From Macrostomum lignano (lineage: Eukaryota), in NCBI GenBank assembly GCA_002269645.1, contig NIVC01000691.1, forward strand, positions 62,001 through 126,000: a stretch of DNA of 64,000 nt, in the 5' to 3' direction. How positions within the stretch are numbered: position 1 is the first letter of the stretch; every line of letters begins with the position of its first letter. Below the pieces are notes generated by a model. It searched no databases and was not told the DNA's origin. It worked only from the letters and a program-made list of their open reading frames with translations. A program made the position numbers and the translations under genes. Shown in pieces: positions 33,601-48,124 of this stretch.

Positions 33601-34143
33601 GGAGGGTCCGGCACGCCTAAGAGCTGGCTGTTCGTTCTTGGCGATAAGCTTAGCACCCAACGGATGGTTATCCTTAATGATGAGGCTCAGCTCTTCAGCC
33701 AGCAGGTACAAGTCTACAAGAGTATCAGCAAGGGCTTCGTTCGACAATCGTTCAGATGTAATGGTGAAATTCTGATCGTTGCGCTCGAAACCAATGCGTT
33801 CTAATAGTTGGTCAACGCCCGAGAGGCACTGGCAGAATGAGGCCTGCACCCTGTGCCAATCCGGTGGTCGGTCTCTCTCTGGACGCAGCAGGTGCTTGAG
33901 CTTGTTGCGCAGAAATAAACAGGACCGCTTGACGTCTTCGGCTGATTTTTTGTCACCCGACATGGCGGCGCGAGCATCCACTAGCTTGTACTTTTGGTTG
34001 ATCTGCATTTGCAGCAGTTCGCCATAGTCTAGCTGGCGACTATCTCGGATGGCCTCAAGCAGGTTAGATCTGGCATTGCGAACTGAAACATCGCCAAGAC
34101 CTCCGGAGTTCGGAATCGGGGGCAACGGCCTCGATTGGGCCAT
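30601..34143 (-). CDS. RNF31: HOIP/RNF31 orthologue-like, full architecture: PUB, B-box, 2 NZF, UBA, RBR, LDD (1180 aa)
   Basis: N-terminal PUB-like (WHRVQASF...LLERIGF), B-box CDLC..LCESCDGRWHGHPDRRSH, NZFs, UBA-like helices, YELSKGGCEHFTC, HPRDCLYYIRD, LCEKHYIEYLVALINRKRLDP. Confidence 0.9.
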   Translation of the reverse strand: MAQSRPLPPIPNSGGLGDVSVRNARSNLLEAIRDSRQLDYGELLQMQINQKYKLVDARAAMSGDKKSAEDVKRSCLFLRNKLKHLLRPERDRPPDWHRVQASFCQCLSGVDQLLERIGFERNDQNFTITSERLSNEALADTLVDLYLLAEELSLIIKDNHPLGAKLIAKNEQPALRRAGPSGMQDRVNAMQRKLNQNCDLCGEAAATVACQEKHCSKRRLCESCDGRWHGHPDRRSHNRRKISDAVGSNAVRLLPPGVVGPASVQLNSGVRKVVSNSQAVSYKSQLGLMGNNSPNLAQQQQQPAPVAAAAAAAPAVAVPPPRVPPPQYPGQKPRYVLPQQQPQQPPRQQPSDTSESDARVMKLNEFMMSLKPISEERSFSKPAGDIRRPPTPEEEFFDCSDQLPPQPSLPAPQPPQPPQQPQSIPKPKPRLSKSIVPKPETAPPPPQQQLPPRPVPTEPTEANSWPCPVCTALNPIAETKLIKSSRVICSVCSMTCDDKEIIAKVKKQQQEPAVKQPEAPKQVEIPDRAPLKPKQEPLSNEQDWSCSACTMLNPITAKSCAICQTPRELGGSDGIKLPFEVKPVARQRNPEMEAAANRQLMKLIQDIEFSGFDGRLGQLYLVATADDGAQSEAGFKAWVAEKWPALIEQVGCEVAKVLQDTHAGVADVILRPSFDEIASAVLDNTCDLEAAIQLCAQRHVAKVAWIAENCPELLQSPHEVNLDMQGDQTNLFEMENQRAFNDFAKFLFSKEGTEEPKFRQMNTSKASFYCLMGEFDIRKIEDAERFRNFLCIDMLKCYDIKDLAEAAKNCFDVESVQKYFSYECKSCFEPYPKHKLLLMASCQCEFCHECFHMFVCSVIRNNRHVTELHCPYCTKPNANQTEELQSHFATLLDQIRNFHHDTVRFEKQDVDLIENKIAEWNLYLDDNFRWCSQCRTGLMLPDIILGKKYQCPECHKHSCKDCNKPWRDQHEELSCDQFEQWLQDNDPKYQEEEVASFLRENGIQCPNCRYQYELSKGGCEHFTCRKCKFQFCAGCKGEFFTDKSGKGLACKHPRDCLYYIRDYGVNRLQQLLLSHEVEFKKDIEPAVEECQLMMQKDTLSDEACGAKVNPGQANLCEKHYIEYLVALINRKRLDPVSVMEENELRAVCNRHGIDCSGVPANSLDALRDMIVANVPLGAQN

Positions 34144-37100
34144 GACTGACAGTTTTTAACTCGTATGTCAGTTAATTTAGAACACAGATTTTGCACATGA
34201 ATGTCAATTTTGAAGTTTGCTATTGAGTGTTGCTTTTATAAAGTTGTCCAAATATGGCATCAAGCTTCTCTATCTGGCCCTCGAATCCTTTGAAACTTTA
34301 AAATTGCAATCCAGCCCTTCTTTTTTAAGCTCTCTTCTCTCCCGTCTTCTCTTTCTTTTTTCTCTCTATTCTGATTTCCTCTCTCATCTCTTCTTTCCTT
34401 TTATCTCTAATCGCATTTATCCTCTTATTTTCTCTCTCTTATCTTCCCTCTCATCACATCTCACATCTAATCTTATATTTTCTCTTTTATCTCTTTTGTC
34501 ATCCCGTTTGCCATTTCTCATCTCTCCCCTCAGCATATAGACCTTGCAGATACACAGCTATAGAAAAGAACTGCTCTTATAGCTATGACTGCATAAATCT
34601 GGTAGTTTGAACTCTTTCCTATAGATTTCAATAGTCATCGTTTTGACTTTTCAAACTATTATTAGAAAAAATAATGTAAAACAATGTAAAAATGTAAAAA
34701 TACAGTGATTTAGAAAGAAGCTATAATTCTGCATACAACTATGCTTATTATAAAAAAAATTAAAAGTCTAATACTAGGATAGGCATAAATAAAATACAAA
34801 CTAGCTTACTAATAAGTAGTAGGTTAGGACTGTGATACAGCATTTATTTTTACATATGGGACAAATGTATACTTACTATTAATAATGCCAATATACTTTT
34901 ATAGATCTTTTAAAATTATCTAAATAACATAAACTCTAATATAATTGAAATCTAATAAGAATAACTTAAAGCACTTAATATTCTAATATTTAGTTTAATT
35001 AGGGTAGGATTGTCACAGGATCTGTCTCTTTAACAAACTTCTAGCTTGCTACCTATAGATACTATGTTTTTAACATACATTGAGTACATAATGATAGACT
35101 AATATAAAATAATAATTCTGAATCATTCTTGGTTTAGAAAATATGTCTAAAAAGGTTTTTTAGATGTTTCAGATTTTTTTAGCTTTTAGCTATTCATTTT
35201 AATTTTTTTTAAATGCTTAGTTTCCCAATTGCAGCCAAAGTCTTACCTGTGGAAGATACCTTTTTTAGACTAGACATTTCTTTCTCATCTATGGTTTTTA
35301 AAAAAATTGATAATGCTATTATTGCCTACAACTCTATGAAATCCATTAGGCTATTCACAAAAAATGGCCATTCATTATAATATGGCCTAGTTCTTATGCT
35401 TAAATGCATTATTACATAGCTTTTACTTGTAATATATGACTATCTTAAAGATATTTGAAAGGAATTTCTTAATATATAAGTATTAAAAAGTTTAAAATAG
35501 TTACAATGTATTGAAAGACATCTATACCTTAGAAAGAATTCTTTTATTTTCCTTTCCCTAATGAAATTTATGAAAACATTCAGCATTTTTTATTCAACAT
35601 AAGTTTTAAGGTAAGTTTGAGCTCTAGAGCATTTAACAAAAACAGAATAATAAAACATTGAATAATTGAATAAAAAAATGGTTATGATAGAATTTTACCT
35701 TTTAATTTAGTTTATAATTGCTTGATATCTATTGTTGGTCTTTTGAGTAAAGGCCAATATAATCCTATTATAATATTTTGACAAAAATTTTCCTTAAAAA
35801 ATTCTTTTTAGGGAGGTTTTATATATATATGGTACATTTTTAATACTTATGCTATAAATCTAATAGCTAAGTTTCTCTGTTAAAACTTTAACAATTTAAG
35901 ACCATATCTATTTGGCATTGTAGGCATAGCCGCATAGGCATTGGAATATTTAAAAAAGTAAGTGGCCAGCTAGCCCTTTTCCAAAGCAAACCACTTTAAT
36001 CAATAAATGAAGATTGATTTTATTCAATCTTTTTAATTTCCAGAAACTGAACTAACATATAAAATCATGATATTTTCTATATTTTTATATGAATACAAAG
36101 TCCTTATCTTATAATTTTAGAAGTCATTTGTAAGAAAATATATCAAAAGTTGCTTAAAAAATGGATGGGAGGCCAGGTACCACTGATGCCCCCCAACTTC
36201 AAAAGTGGTAGGGGGCATGGCCCATTGCCCTCCCCTCATTTTATGTCAAAATTATTTTAATAATATCTATAATCTTAAGTCAAAATTAAAAATGCCAAAT
36301 TGAAAACTAAGATATTAGCTGGTACAAATATTATTTAAGACATTCAAAATCAAATAAAATTTCAACATCCATCATTTATCCCTTATGTAGCAAAGCCTTT
36401 CTGACCAAAGTTGCTAAGGTCTACAACTTTCATAGTTACATTAGAGCCTAATCAAACTTTACAACTTGATAGAAGTCTTAAGAAAACCCAATAATGCCGT
36501 GACTAGAAGTATCGATTAATATTCTAAATTTAATATGAACTACAAGACATAAAACTTAAAATTGTATCTAATATCCAAGTCCGAATCATAATAGTAGTGT
36601 AGGGCCTATTTGACATAACAGCTCTGCTCTGGCTATATATTTGAAGCATTAAAAATATAAAATAGACCTTAACCAAAAAAGCACTTTTATTTTTTCCTTC
36701 ATATAATAGGCTTGTGCAATTTTTTTACATCTTACATTTTGTCAGTCAGATTCAGAACAAGGTACAAAAATATCTAATCTTTTTTGACACTCCCAAAACT
36801 AATTCCAAGTCAGCATAAAACTACCCATACAAAATCTGTGTCAAAAAGTTGCTTAAGCATCAATAATAAAGTAGAAACTGATCTAATTCAATGTAAGGAC
36901 AATATTTTAAAAGCTATCAATAAATGAAGTGCCAAGTTGAGCATTGCAACTCGTCCGAGACAACTTTTTAGTACCTGGTTTAACAGGACCTTGTTAAATT
37001 AAATGCGAAAGCGAAAACTGATAAAATTACTAGGGTTTATTTTCTATTGTAAGTGAAAGTTTACATAAATAACTTAAATTCAAATTAGTATCGGTCTTTA

Positions 37101-37968
37101 AGTTTTGGCAGTTCAGTCAGTCTTGTTATTTTATTCATTTCATTTTCTTAATTCACTCGATTATAAAGCCGCTAAAAACTTGAATGAAAAATACGACCCA
37201 TTTAAAATATTACCGTAGGCGTAGGCTCACTTGCTTCCAAGTTTAAGTTGCTTGATCGACCACGAATCTTAGATTTGTGCTTTCTAGCTCATTCAGTTTT
37301 AAAAAGCATAGCACGAAATACATTTAACTACAGCCAATTGATGGGCTTGTCCTACTCCTACATGCACTGATCGCCCATGCAGGCTAATACATGATAATGT
37401 ATTTAAAGCTTAGCTTTGAGCACTTAAGGAAGGCCTTTGAAAATCCATTATTCTTTTCTTTAAAATAATTCTTGCCACTCCGTTGCCTGAAACAGCAATA
37501 AATCGAGTACAAAATACTACATGCATAAACTGAACATAGTGTATACGTATGTTTGATTTCCAATCTGACTAAATTGACGATAGATCGTTGTGAACACAAG
37601 CGTCAGACTTTGACAAGAGGGCTGAAAAGTAGACCATAAATTTCTCTTCTAGATACTTTGGCACCAAAAGTGATACGTATATAATCAGAAAGAAAAGTTT
37701 CCCCAGGACAGTAGTTTGACTTTGACTTCTCATGTATCATAAACAACTTCTTCAATCTTCAGTTTTAAATGCCATGTCAGTCGAGTTACCCCAGTATTGA
37801 CCCAAAAGTTACTCACAGTAAAACTGCAAGCCCAATATCAAAATATAGAAAAATCTAAATCTCGCCTATGCTAATTAAATGTCATAATAGAGATATGGAC
37901 ATTGAATCTCAGACGCGATTTTAATATAAAAGGAATAAGGCTGAGGGCTCATCTATCTAAACTGTAGT

Positions 37969-38218
<250 letters not shown>

Positions 38219-38462
38219 CCTTTCGGCAATTCTATACCCAATCCAATCCTCCAATCCAAACCCAAGTCTCTCAACCCCTCCGCCCGCATCGCCCCGCGGA
38301 AGCCCCTCGGGCTGCTCCTATTGGTTGGCTCGACCGGGAATCTGAATCATCATATATCTTCATTATTAGCGGCCGCATTCATTATTAACAGAAGCTCCAA
38401 ATCCAAACGGTTGATTTTTTATCTGCTCGATTGCGCGCACTACAAACTACTGAGGCTGAGAC

Positions 38463-38598
38463 ATGATTCGAGCCCTGGCATCCAGCAGCTGCGGCGAGCA
38501 GGCATCGAGCCGACGAAAACAGGAGAAGCCGACCCAAATCAGCCCCGGAGATCGAAGCGGCTCAGGCCGTACCGAATCCGAGGAGACTGCTCCCAATG
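38463..38598 (+). CDS. BCL11: BCL11 orthologue exon 1 (NuRD/RBBP4-binding RRKQ motif)
   Basis: MIRALASSSCGEQASSRRKQEKPTQI resembles MSRRKQGKPQHL (BCL11A) and MSRRKQSNPRQI (FOG1). Ends AAT G|GTGAGT, a phase-1 donor that matches the acceptor at 43790. Confidence 0.75.
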
Positions 38599-38824
38599 GT
38601 GAGTTCTTGAGCTCACTAGTGCCATGCATTTTCTCTGATAAGTGCCATTTCTGTGCTGATAAGTGCCAATGATCTGACTAACAACTACAGAGACCAACTA
38701 CTGTAGCTATAGAGTAGAACTTTATTGCTTAACCCCACTTTGATATCCTGCTCTAACAAAGACTTCTCTCATCTCTCTCGCCCTTTTGATCAGCATTTTT
38801 CTATTATTTCTTTTATTCCTATCT

Positions 38825-39250
38825 TTCTTCTCTCTCCGTGCCTTTCTCTTCCTCTCTCCCTGCCTTGATCTTCCTCTCTCCCTGTCTTTCTCTTCCTCTC
38901 TCCCTGCCTTTCTTCTCCTCTCTCCCTGCCTTTCTCCTCCTCTCTCCCTGCCTTTCTCTTCCTCTCTCCCTGCCTTTCTTCTCCTCTCTCCCTGCCTTTC
39001 TCCTCCTCTCTCTCTGCCTTTCTCCTCCTCTCTCCCTGCCTTTCTCCTCCTCTCTCCCTGCCTTTCTCCTCCTCTCTCCCTGCCTTTCTCCTCCTCTCTC
39101 CCTGCCTTTCTCCTCCTCTCTCCCTGCCTTTCTCTTCCTCTCTCCCTGCCTTTCTCCTCCTCTCTCCCTGCCTTTCTCTTCCTCTCTCCCTGCCTTTCTC
39201 CTCCTCTCTCCCTGCCTTTCTTCTCTCTCTCCCCCTGTCTTTCTCCTCTC
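38825..39250. repeat. 22-bp pyrimidine-rich minisatellite (intron 1 of BCL11)
   Basis: CTCCCTGCCTTTCTCCTCCTCT-type units. Confidence 0.9.
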
Positions 39251-39809
39251 TTTCTCTAGTCTACTCACGCTTGCCTCTGCCTGATATTTGAATCACGGAA
39301 AGCTTTCACGCAAATCGTGTACAATAGTCGAATTCTATAGCTGAGCTTGAAAACAAAACTATTGACCTCCGCGAACCATACAATCGCACAAGTAGTAACA
39401 AAGACGCAAAAAGTTTTGCGTTAATATGTCCTCTCATTTTTTCTTGTTTTTCTAAGCTCGGTCAACACTGGAAAATCTCGTTGGCCTACGCCTGACAGAC
39501 AGCTGTCGCTAACTCAGCCTGATAGGTATCGGCATGTCGGAGAGCTGCAGGAACTACACAGAGTGGGATAAAGACTGGTTGACCAGTGAAAGCTTGAAAA
39601 AACTGTGAAATCTTTTAGCCTCATCTATATTAGCAATACAATAGGCTGCCTTAGACTCTTTGTCCACCCAACCCCCAAACGTCTTTCAAGAAGGGGATGC
39701 ATTGGAGAGCAGTGTGGGAAAAATGCGATAAAAAAGTTGGTGTCAAGTGGCTTACAGTTTCACAAGTCTAGCTTTATTCCAAGTGACCTTCTACTCGTAT
39801 CTGTTCTCA

Positions 39810-40520
39810 AATACCCTTCATATCTATCCTCAAATACCCCTCATATCTATCCTCAAATACCCCTCATATCTATCCTCAAATACCCCTCATATCTATCCTC
39901 AAATACCCCTCATATCTATCCTCAAATATCCCTCATATCTATCTCAAATATCCCTCATATCTATCTCAAATACCCCTCATATCTATCCTCAAATACCCCT
40001 CATATCTATCCTCAAATACCCCTCATATCTATCTCAAATATCCCTCATATCTATCTCAAATACCCCTCATATCTATCCTCAAATACCCCTCATATCTATC
40101 CTCAAATACCCCTCATATCTATCCTCAAATACCCCTCATATCTATCCTTAAATACCCCTCATATCTATCCTCAAATACCCCTCATATCTATCCTCAGATA
40201 TCCCTCATATCTATCCTCAAATACCCCTCATACTTATCCTCAAATACCCCTCATATCTATCCTCAAATACCCCTCATATCTATCCTCAAATACCCCTCAT
40301 ATCTATCCTCAAATACCCCTCATATCTATCCTCAAATACCCCTCATATCTATCCTTAAATACCCCTCATATCTATCCTCAAATACCCCTCATATCTATCC
40401 TCAGATATCCCTCATATCTATCCTCAAATACCCCTCATACTTATCCTCAAATACCCCTCATATCTATCCTCAAATACCCCTCATATCTATCCTCAAATAC
40501 CCCTCATTCCTATCCTCAAA
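39810..40520. repeat. 23-bp minisatellite (intron 1 of BCL11)
   Basis: TCCTCAAATACCCCTCATATCTA repeated about 30 times. Confidence 0.9.
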
Positions 40521-41006
40521 CACTCCGCAAAAGTGACACGGAGCCAAAAAGGTGAGAAGTCTCTTTTTCAGTTCCATAATTCACTGATGAATTTAAAAAA
40601 ATGTTTAGAGTAAAAACTGAGCTTGAGTGCTTCAGGCCTCCAGTGGCCTTCAGGATCGTGGCGGCCCTTCAACCCCGCACTGGGGGGAAGGGGAGATACA
40701 GAAAGGTTCAGGCATTCATTGACCGGATTGAGTAGGCTGGAGACAATGGGCTGCAAGCGTAGCACAAAGGAGAGCCAGCCATCGCTTTATCAACCTGAGC
40801 GGTGCTTTTTTTGCAATTTCGCTCAAACGAATCGCCACGCGCTCTCAGCTCGGCCAAGCGAATCGCCTGCCGGCTAAGAGCAACTCTGCGACTCTCTGCT
40901 TCTGAAGCAAAAAAACCCGACTCGCTTGAGTTCACTTTGGGCCGAAATGAGAGCCATGGGAGTTCTGCGATGTGCTTTGACGACTGCCGCTCTGGTAGCT
41001 GCACAC

Positions 41007-43071
<2,065 letters not shown>

Positions 43072-43790
43072 CATTAATTCAGCAATGGCTTACGGGTTTT
43101 TTCGATCTGCCGCCCGCATGGCAGCCCGGCAGGTCCCAGGCCGGCCCTCGTGGGACAGCAGAAAGCGGCACAGGGCCATGGGGCAGAGACAATGGAAGCA
43201 GCTCGCAGACAATAGCAGATCAGCGAAGAGTGGATTCTACCCCCCCCCCCGGCTTGAGCTATCTCTAGAGAGGATGCCGCTCGGCTCAGCTGAGTGGAGT
43301 CTGAGCAACAATCACAGCCGTAGCTGCTCGGGCACTCAGAGGGCCATTTTCAATTTCATTTCAACAGGCGAGCAGGCGGGGAGCCCTCATCATGCCGCCC
43401 CAGCCTCCTCTGCCCATTCTTTTTCCCTGGCCACTCATGTATGCAATTTTTCTGCTTTTTTACTGAGCCTTTTTCCAGCTCTGCATTTTTTGTCAGGTCC
43501 TTTGCCCTGATCCGCGGTGAATTTTAAGCAGCTGGGATAATGCCAGCGATGGCTGATTTGATTGATTCAAGCCCAAGCATAGTGGCGATCGCATCTGCAT
43601 GGAGGGGATTCTGATTGCTCAGTTTGAAAATTGAATAATTTTATCATATCTGAGAATACGTGACCTCTTTGTTTGCTTTGCTTACCGGGAGGAAACAGGT
43701 TATACCTGTTTAGTTTCACTTTACATTTTCAGCTAATTTTTTCTCTTCAATTTCTGTTGAGTTGCACCGGTTTAAATCTCTTCCCCACAG

Positions 43791-43934
43791 AGATTGCGGA
43801 CGCTTCTGCGGTCTTGAAGTCTTCGAACTCTAACGTGATGACGACTCAATCCAGCAGTCAGCAGCAGGGACCGTCTGAGTCGCTCACGGAGAGCAAGGAT
43901 GCCTGGACCAGCACCCGAGGCTGTGTGGACTCAA
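43791..43934 (+). CDS. BCL11: BCL11 exon 2 (predicted)
   Basis: Acceptor TTCCCCACAG|AG completes Glu (G|AG) in frame with exon 1; donor TCA A|GTGAGT at 43935. Confidence 0.6.
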
Positions 43935-43942
43935 GTGAGTCA

Positions 43943-44270
43943 AAGGGGAACAGAGGGGAACAGAGGGGAACAGAGGGGAACAGAGGGGAACAGAGGGGAA
44001 CAGAGGGGAACAGAGGGGAACAGAGGGGAACAGAGGGGAAGAGAGGGGAACAGAGGGAACAGAGGGGAACAGAGGGGAACAGAGGGGAAGAGAGGGGAAC
44101 AGAGGGGAACAGAGGGGAACAGAGGGGAACAGAGGGGAACAGAGGGGAACAGAGGGGAACAGAGGAGAACAGAGGGGAACTGTGGGGAACAGAGGGGAAC
44201 AGAGGGGGAGAGAGGGGAACAGAGGGGAACAGTGGGGAACAGAGGGGAACAGAGGGGAACAGAGGGGAAA
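43943..44270. repeat. 10-bp GAGGGGAACA minisatellite in predicted BCL11 intron 2
   Basis: About 33 tandem units between the GTGAGT donor (43935) and the CTCACCCTCCAG acceptor (44366). Confidence 0.9.
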
Positions 44271-44366
44271 GAAGTGTAGTTGGGTGTGCGGAGAGGCGAG
44301 AGGGAGCAGAGGCACATTCATGCATGTTACACAGACAAAGATGCAAGCCGCCAACTCACCCTCCAG

Positions 44367-45508
44367 CCCCTGGCAACGCAGCGGACCCGGCAGCCGGAGG
44401 TCAACAGTTGGACGAACCCAGCAGTTTCGTGTGCCGCAAATGCCTGTGCAGCTACCGGAGCGCCTGGCAGCTGCTGCAGCATGCCCAGTCCCAGCACCGG
44501 CTGGATATCTTCCTGTCCTCGGGAGAGGGCATCGCTGCCGCAACGGAAACCGCTTCAACGACAAGCTCCTCGCCGCTGGCGCACTCGCCACCACCGCCGC
44601 CGCCGCTGCAACAGCATCCCGAGAAGCGGCGTCTGGCGCTCCAGGCCGGTCTGTTCGACCCGAGCCTGATGCTGCCGCCGCCGCCGAGGCCGCTGCCGAT
44701 GCCACCGCCGCCGCCGCCTCCACCGACCAGCTCGAGTCTGCTGTCATCGGCTGCCGCATTCTACGCTGCCAGATCGCCCTACAGTCCCCACTGCTGGCAC
44801 CCAGCCGTCACGGCTGCTATGGCGGCCGCCATGGCGGCTTCCGCGGCGGCCAAGCGGCCGAGGCTGGATTTCGATGGTCCTCAGCAGCAGCAGCAGCTGC
44901 CTCTGCCGCTGCCGCTGCCACCACCGCAGCTCTGGCGACGCAGCTCGGTGGTACCGCCGCCGCCGCCGCTGCCTCCGCCGCCGCTCCTGCCGCCAGCCCT
45001 GTCTCCGGCCGGACCTCCAGCCTCAAGCGTATCTCAAGCCGCTGCACCGCCGACTTCCTCTGTGTCGCTACCGACAGCGGCTGTCGATATTGATTCTGGA
45101 AATGCTAAAAACGCCAAGAACCTAAGCAGCAGCAGCAGCAGCAGCAACAAGAACAATCAACCTGCCTCAACTGCAGACGCCGACGCCATCGCAGCAACAC
45201 CGTCGCCGACAAAGTCTCGACGCAGCGACACCTGCGAGTTCTGCGGCAAAGTGTTCAAGAACTGCTCGAACCTGACTGTGCACAGGCGGAGCCACACGGG
45301 TGAGAAGCCGTACAGCTGCCGGCTGTGCAGCTACGCCTGCGCGCAGAGCAGCAAGCTGACGCGGCACATGAAGACGCACGGCGGCAAGAGCGCCGCTGCG
45401 CACGTGTGCACCCGATGCCGCACGCCGTTCAGCGTTGCCAGCACTCTCGAGAAGCACCTGCGCAAGTGCCAAGCCGATGGAACTGACGACGTCCCAGAAG
45501 CCAATTGA
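44367..45508 (+). CDS. BCL11: BCL11 exon 3: ZF1 and the three C-terminal C2H2 fingers
   Basis: [29 protein letters not shown] and [58 protein letters not shown] are near-identical to BCL11A/B motifs; AATAAA near 45712. Confidence 0.92.
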
Positions 45509-46122
45509 AGCACAACTGAGTTGTTGAAGTTCGAGACTTTGTTCACCTGTACACTTGCTGTTGTCTTTTTCGGTTTTGTCCAGTCCAGTCTTCATTGTAC
45601 CGCTTTGCTGTCCAGAACAGAACAGATTTCTTTGATTAAATCTTCTTACCAGTAGAATACGATGGCATCTACTCAAGCCAACATTACAGCCTACAGCTTT
45701 CTATCGCGGTGAATAAATTTCAGCTTGTGGTTTAGTCTGATTGCACCTGGATATTGTCGTTCTCTGAGCTTTTTTTCTGTGGCTTCAATTAGATCTCAGC
45801 TCTACTTGTACCTGTCTTCGAGACCTGTTTTTTGGACCTTCGTTATTATAAACAAATTGTTCTACTTGTTATTAATTTCAAATCATCAATGTGACAAAAT
45901 TTAAAATGTGTTTCTAGTTGTGCCGTAACTTCTGTCCAACCTGTGTGTCTCCTTGTTTGCCAAGCCCACCTGTAATCTGTTATTAAACGGCGGCGTTTTC
46001 AAACAAAATCTTTTATCGGCGACAACATAAATTCGTTAATCAGAACAGCTCAATCATGCTCTTTAGTTTTTGTTTTTCTAAAAAATTTGCAGGAGGGCTG
46101 TGGGCTGCCTAGCGCAACGCCT

Positions 46123-46534
<412 letters not shown>

Positions 46535-47006
46535 GCTGCCGTATAAGGCTATGGTGTGCACATTCCCAGTTGTAGGACAACACTCTGCCCACCAGCAGCA
46601 CTGACAAGGCCAAGTGAAACTTGATGCAATTCTGGTTCAGAATGCGAGTTGGTTAGTTCAGCCCCACAGCCAGGCTGTTAGATCTGTCTGGTGTCCAAGT
46701 CGCGTGCAGCAGCCAGGGTCACACGCGCAAGTCAGCGCTGATGGAACTGTCGTGCTATTCGATTCACAGAACTTGCGCCGAGGCCTAGACCATGGACTTC
46801 TTGACCATAGAATCTGGACTGGACATTAGTAGCTGATGACGAATTTTTGGATATTTATAGCAGGATCGTCGCCACCTGGGGGGACAGGGGGACATGCCCC
46901 TCCCCAGTAAAAGCTATTGATAGGACATGTAAATCCTGTGTCCCCCCGTCCCACCTTGCGAATTGATACGAAAATCAATAATTTTGCTTCAGGGGTGACG
47001 GAATAT

Positions 47007-48124
47007 AACGCCTTCCGCGCCAAAATGAGTGTCTGCGGCGCCAAAATGAGTGTCTGTGGCGCCAAAATGAGTGCCTGCGGCGCCAAAATGAGTGTCTGCG
47101 GCGCCAAAATGAGTGCCTGCGGCGCCAAAATGAGTGTCTGCGGCGCCAAAATGAGTGCCTGCGGCGCCAAAATGAGTGTCTGCGGCGCCAAAATGAGTGC
47201 CTGCGGCGCCAAAATGAGTGTCTGCGGCGCCAAAAAAGGGTCTGCGGCGCTAAAATGAGTGCCTGCGGCGCCAAAATGAGTGTCTGCGGCGCCAAAATGA
47301 GTGCCTCCAGCGCCAAAATAAGTGTCTGCGGCGCCAAAATGAGTGTCTGCAGCGCTAAAATGAGTGCCTGCGGCGTTAAAATGAGTGCCTGCGGCGCCAA
47401 AATGAGTGTCTGCGGCGCCAAAATGAGTGTCTGCGGCGCCAAAATGAGTGTCTGCGGCGCTAAAATGAGTGTCTGCGGCGCTAAAATGAGTGCCTGCGGC
47501 GCCAAAATGAGTGTCTGCGGCGCCAAAATGAGTGTCTGCGGCGCTAAAATGAGTGTCTGCGGCGCCAAAATGAGTGTCTGCGGCGCTAAAATGAGTGTCT
47601 GCGGCGCTAAAATGAGTGTCTGCGGCGCTAAAATGAGTGTCTGCGGCGCTAAAATGAGTGTCTGCGGCGCTAAAATGAGTGTCTGCGGCGCCAAAATGAG
47701 TGCCTGCGGCGCCAAAATGAGTGTCTGCGGCGCCAAAATGAGTGCCTGCGGCGCCAAAATGAGTGTCTGCGGCGCCAAAATGAGTGCCTGCGGCGCCAAA
47801 ATGAGTGTCTGCGGCGCCAAAATGAGTGTCTGCGGCGCTAAAATGAGTGTCTGCGGCGCTAAAATGAGTGTCTGCGGCGCCAAAATGAGTGTCTGCGGCG
47901 CCAAAATGAGTGTCTGCGGCGCCAAAATGAGTGTCTGCGGCGCCAAAATGAGTGTCTGCGGCGCCAAAATGAGTGTCTGCGGCGCCAAAATGAGTGTCTG
48001 CGGCGCCAAAGTGAGTGTCTGCGGCGCTAAAATGAGTGTCTACGGCGCCAAAATGAGTGTCAGCGGCGCCAAAATGAGTGTCTGCGGCGCCAAAATGAGT
48101 GCCTGCGGCGCCAAAATGAGTGCT
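47007..48124. repeat. 21-bp minisatellite (GCGGCGCCAAAATGAGTGTCT)n
   Basis: About 53 units; same family as 63058-64000 in inverted orientation. Confidence 0.93.

Noticed and set aside
34560-37400. Long AT-rich stretch between the HOIP cluster and BCL11
   Set aside because: No ORF, repeat structure or motif I can support; treated as intergenic.
38786-40555. ORFs of 148-316 aa in BCL11 intron 1
   Set aside because: Translations of the 22-bp and 23-bp tandem arrays.
43673-45508. BCL11 as a single 611-aa exon
   Set aside because: It starts at TTG and lacks the RRKQ motif. Canonical splice sites at 43790, 43935 and 44366 and an upstream RRKQ exon give a better 3-exon model.
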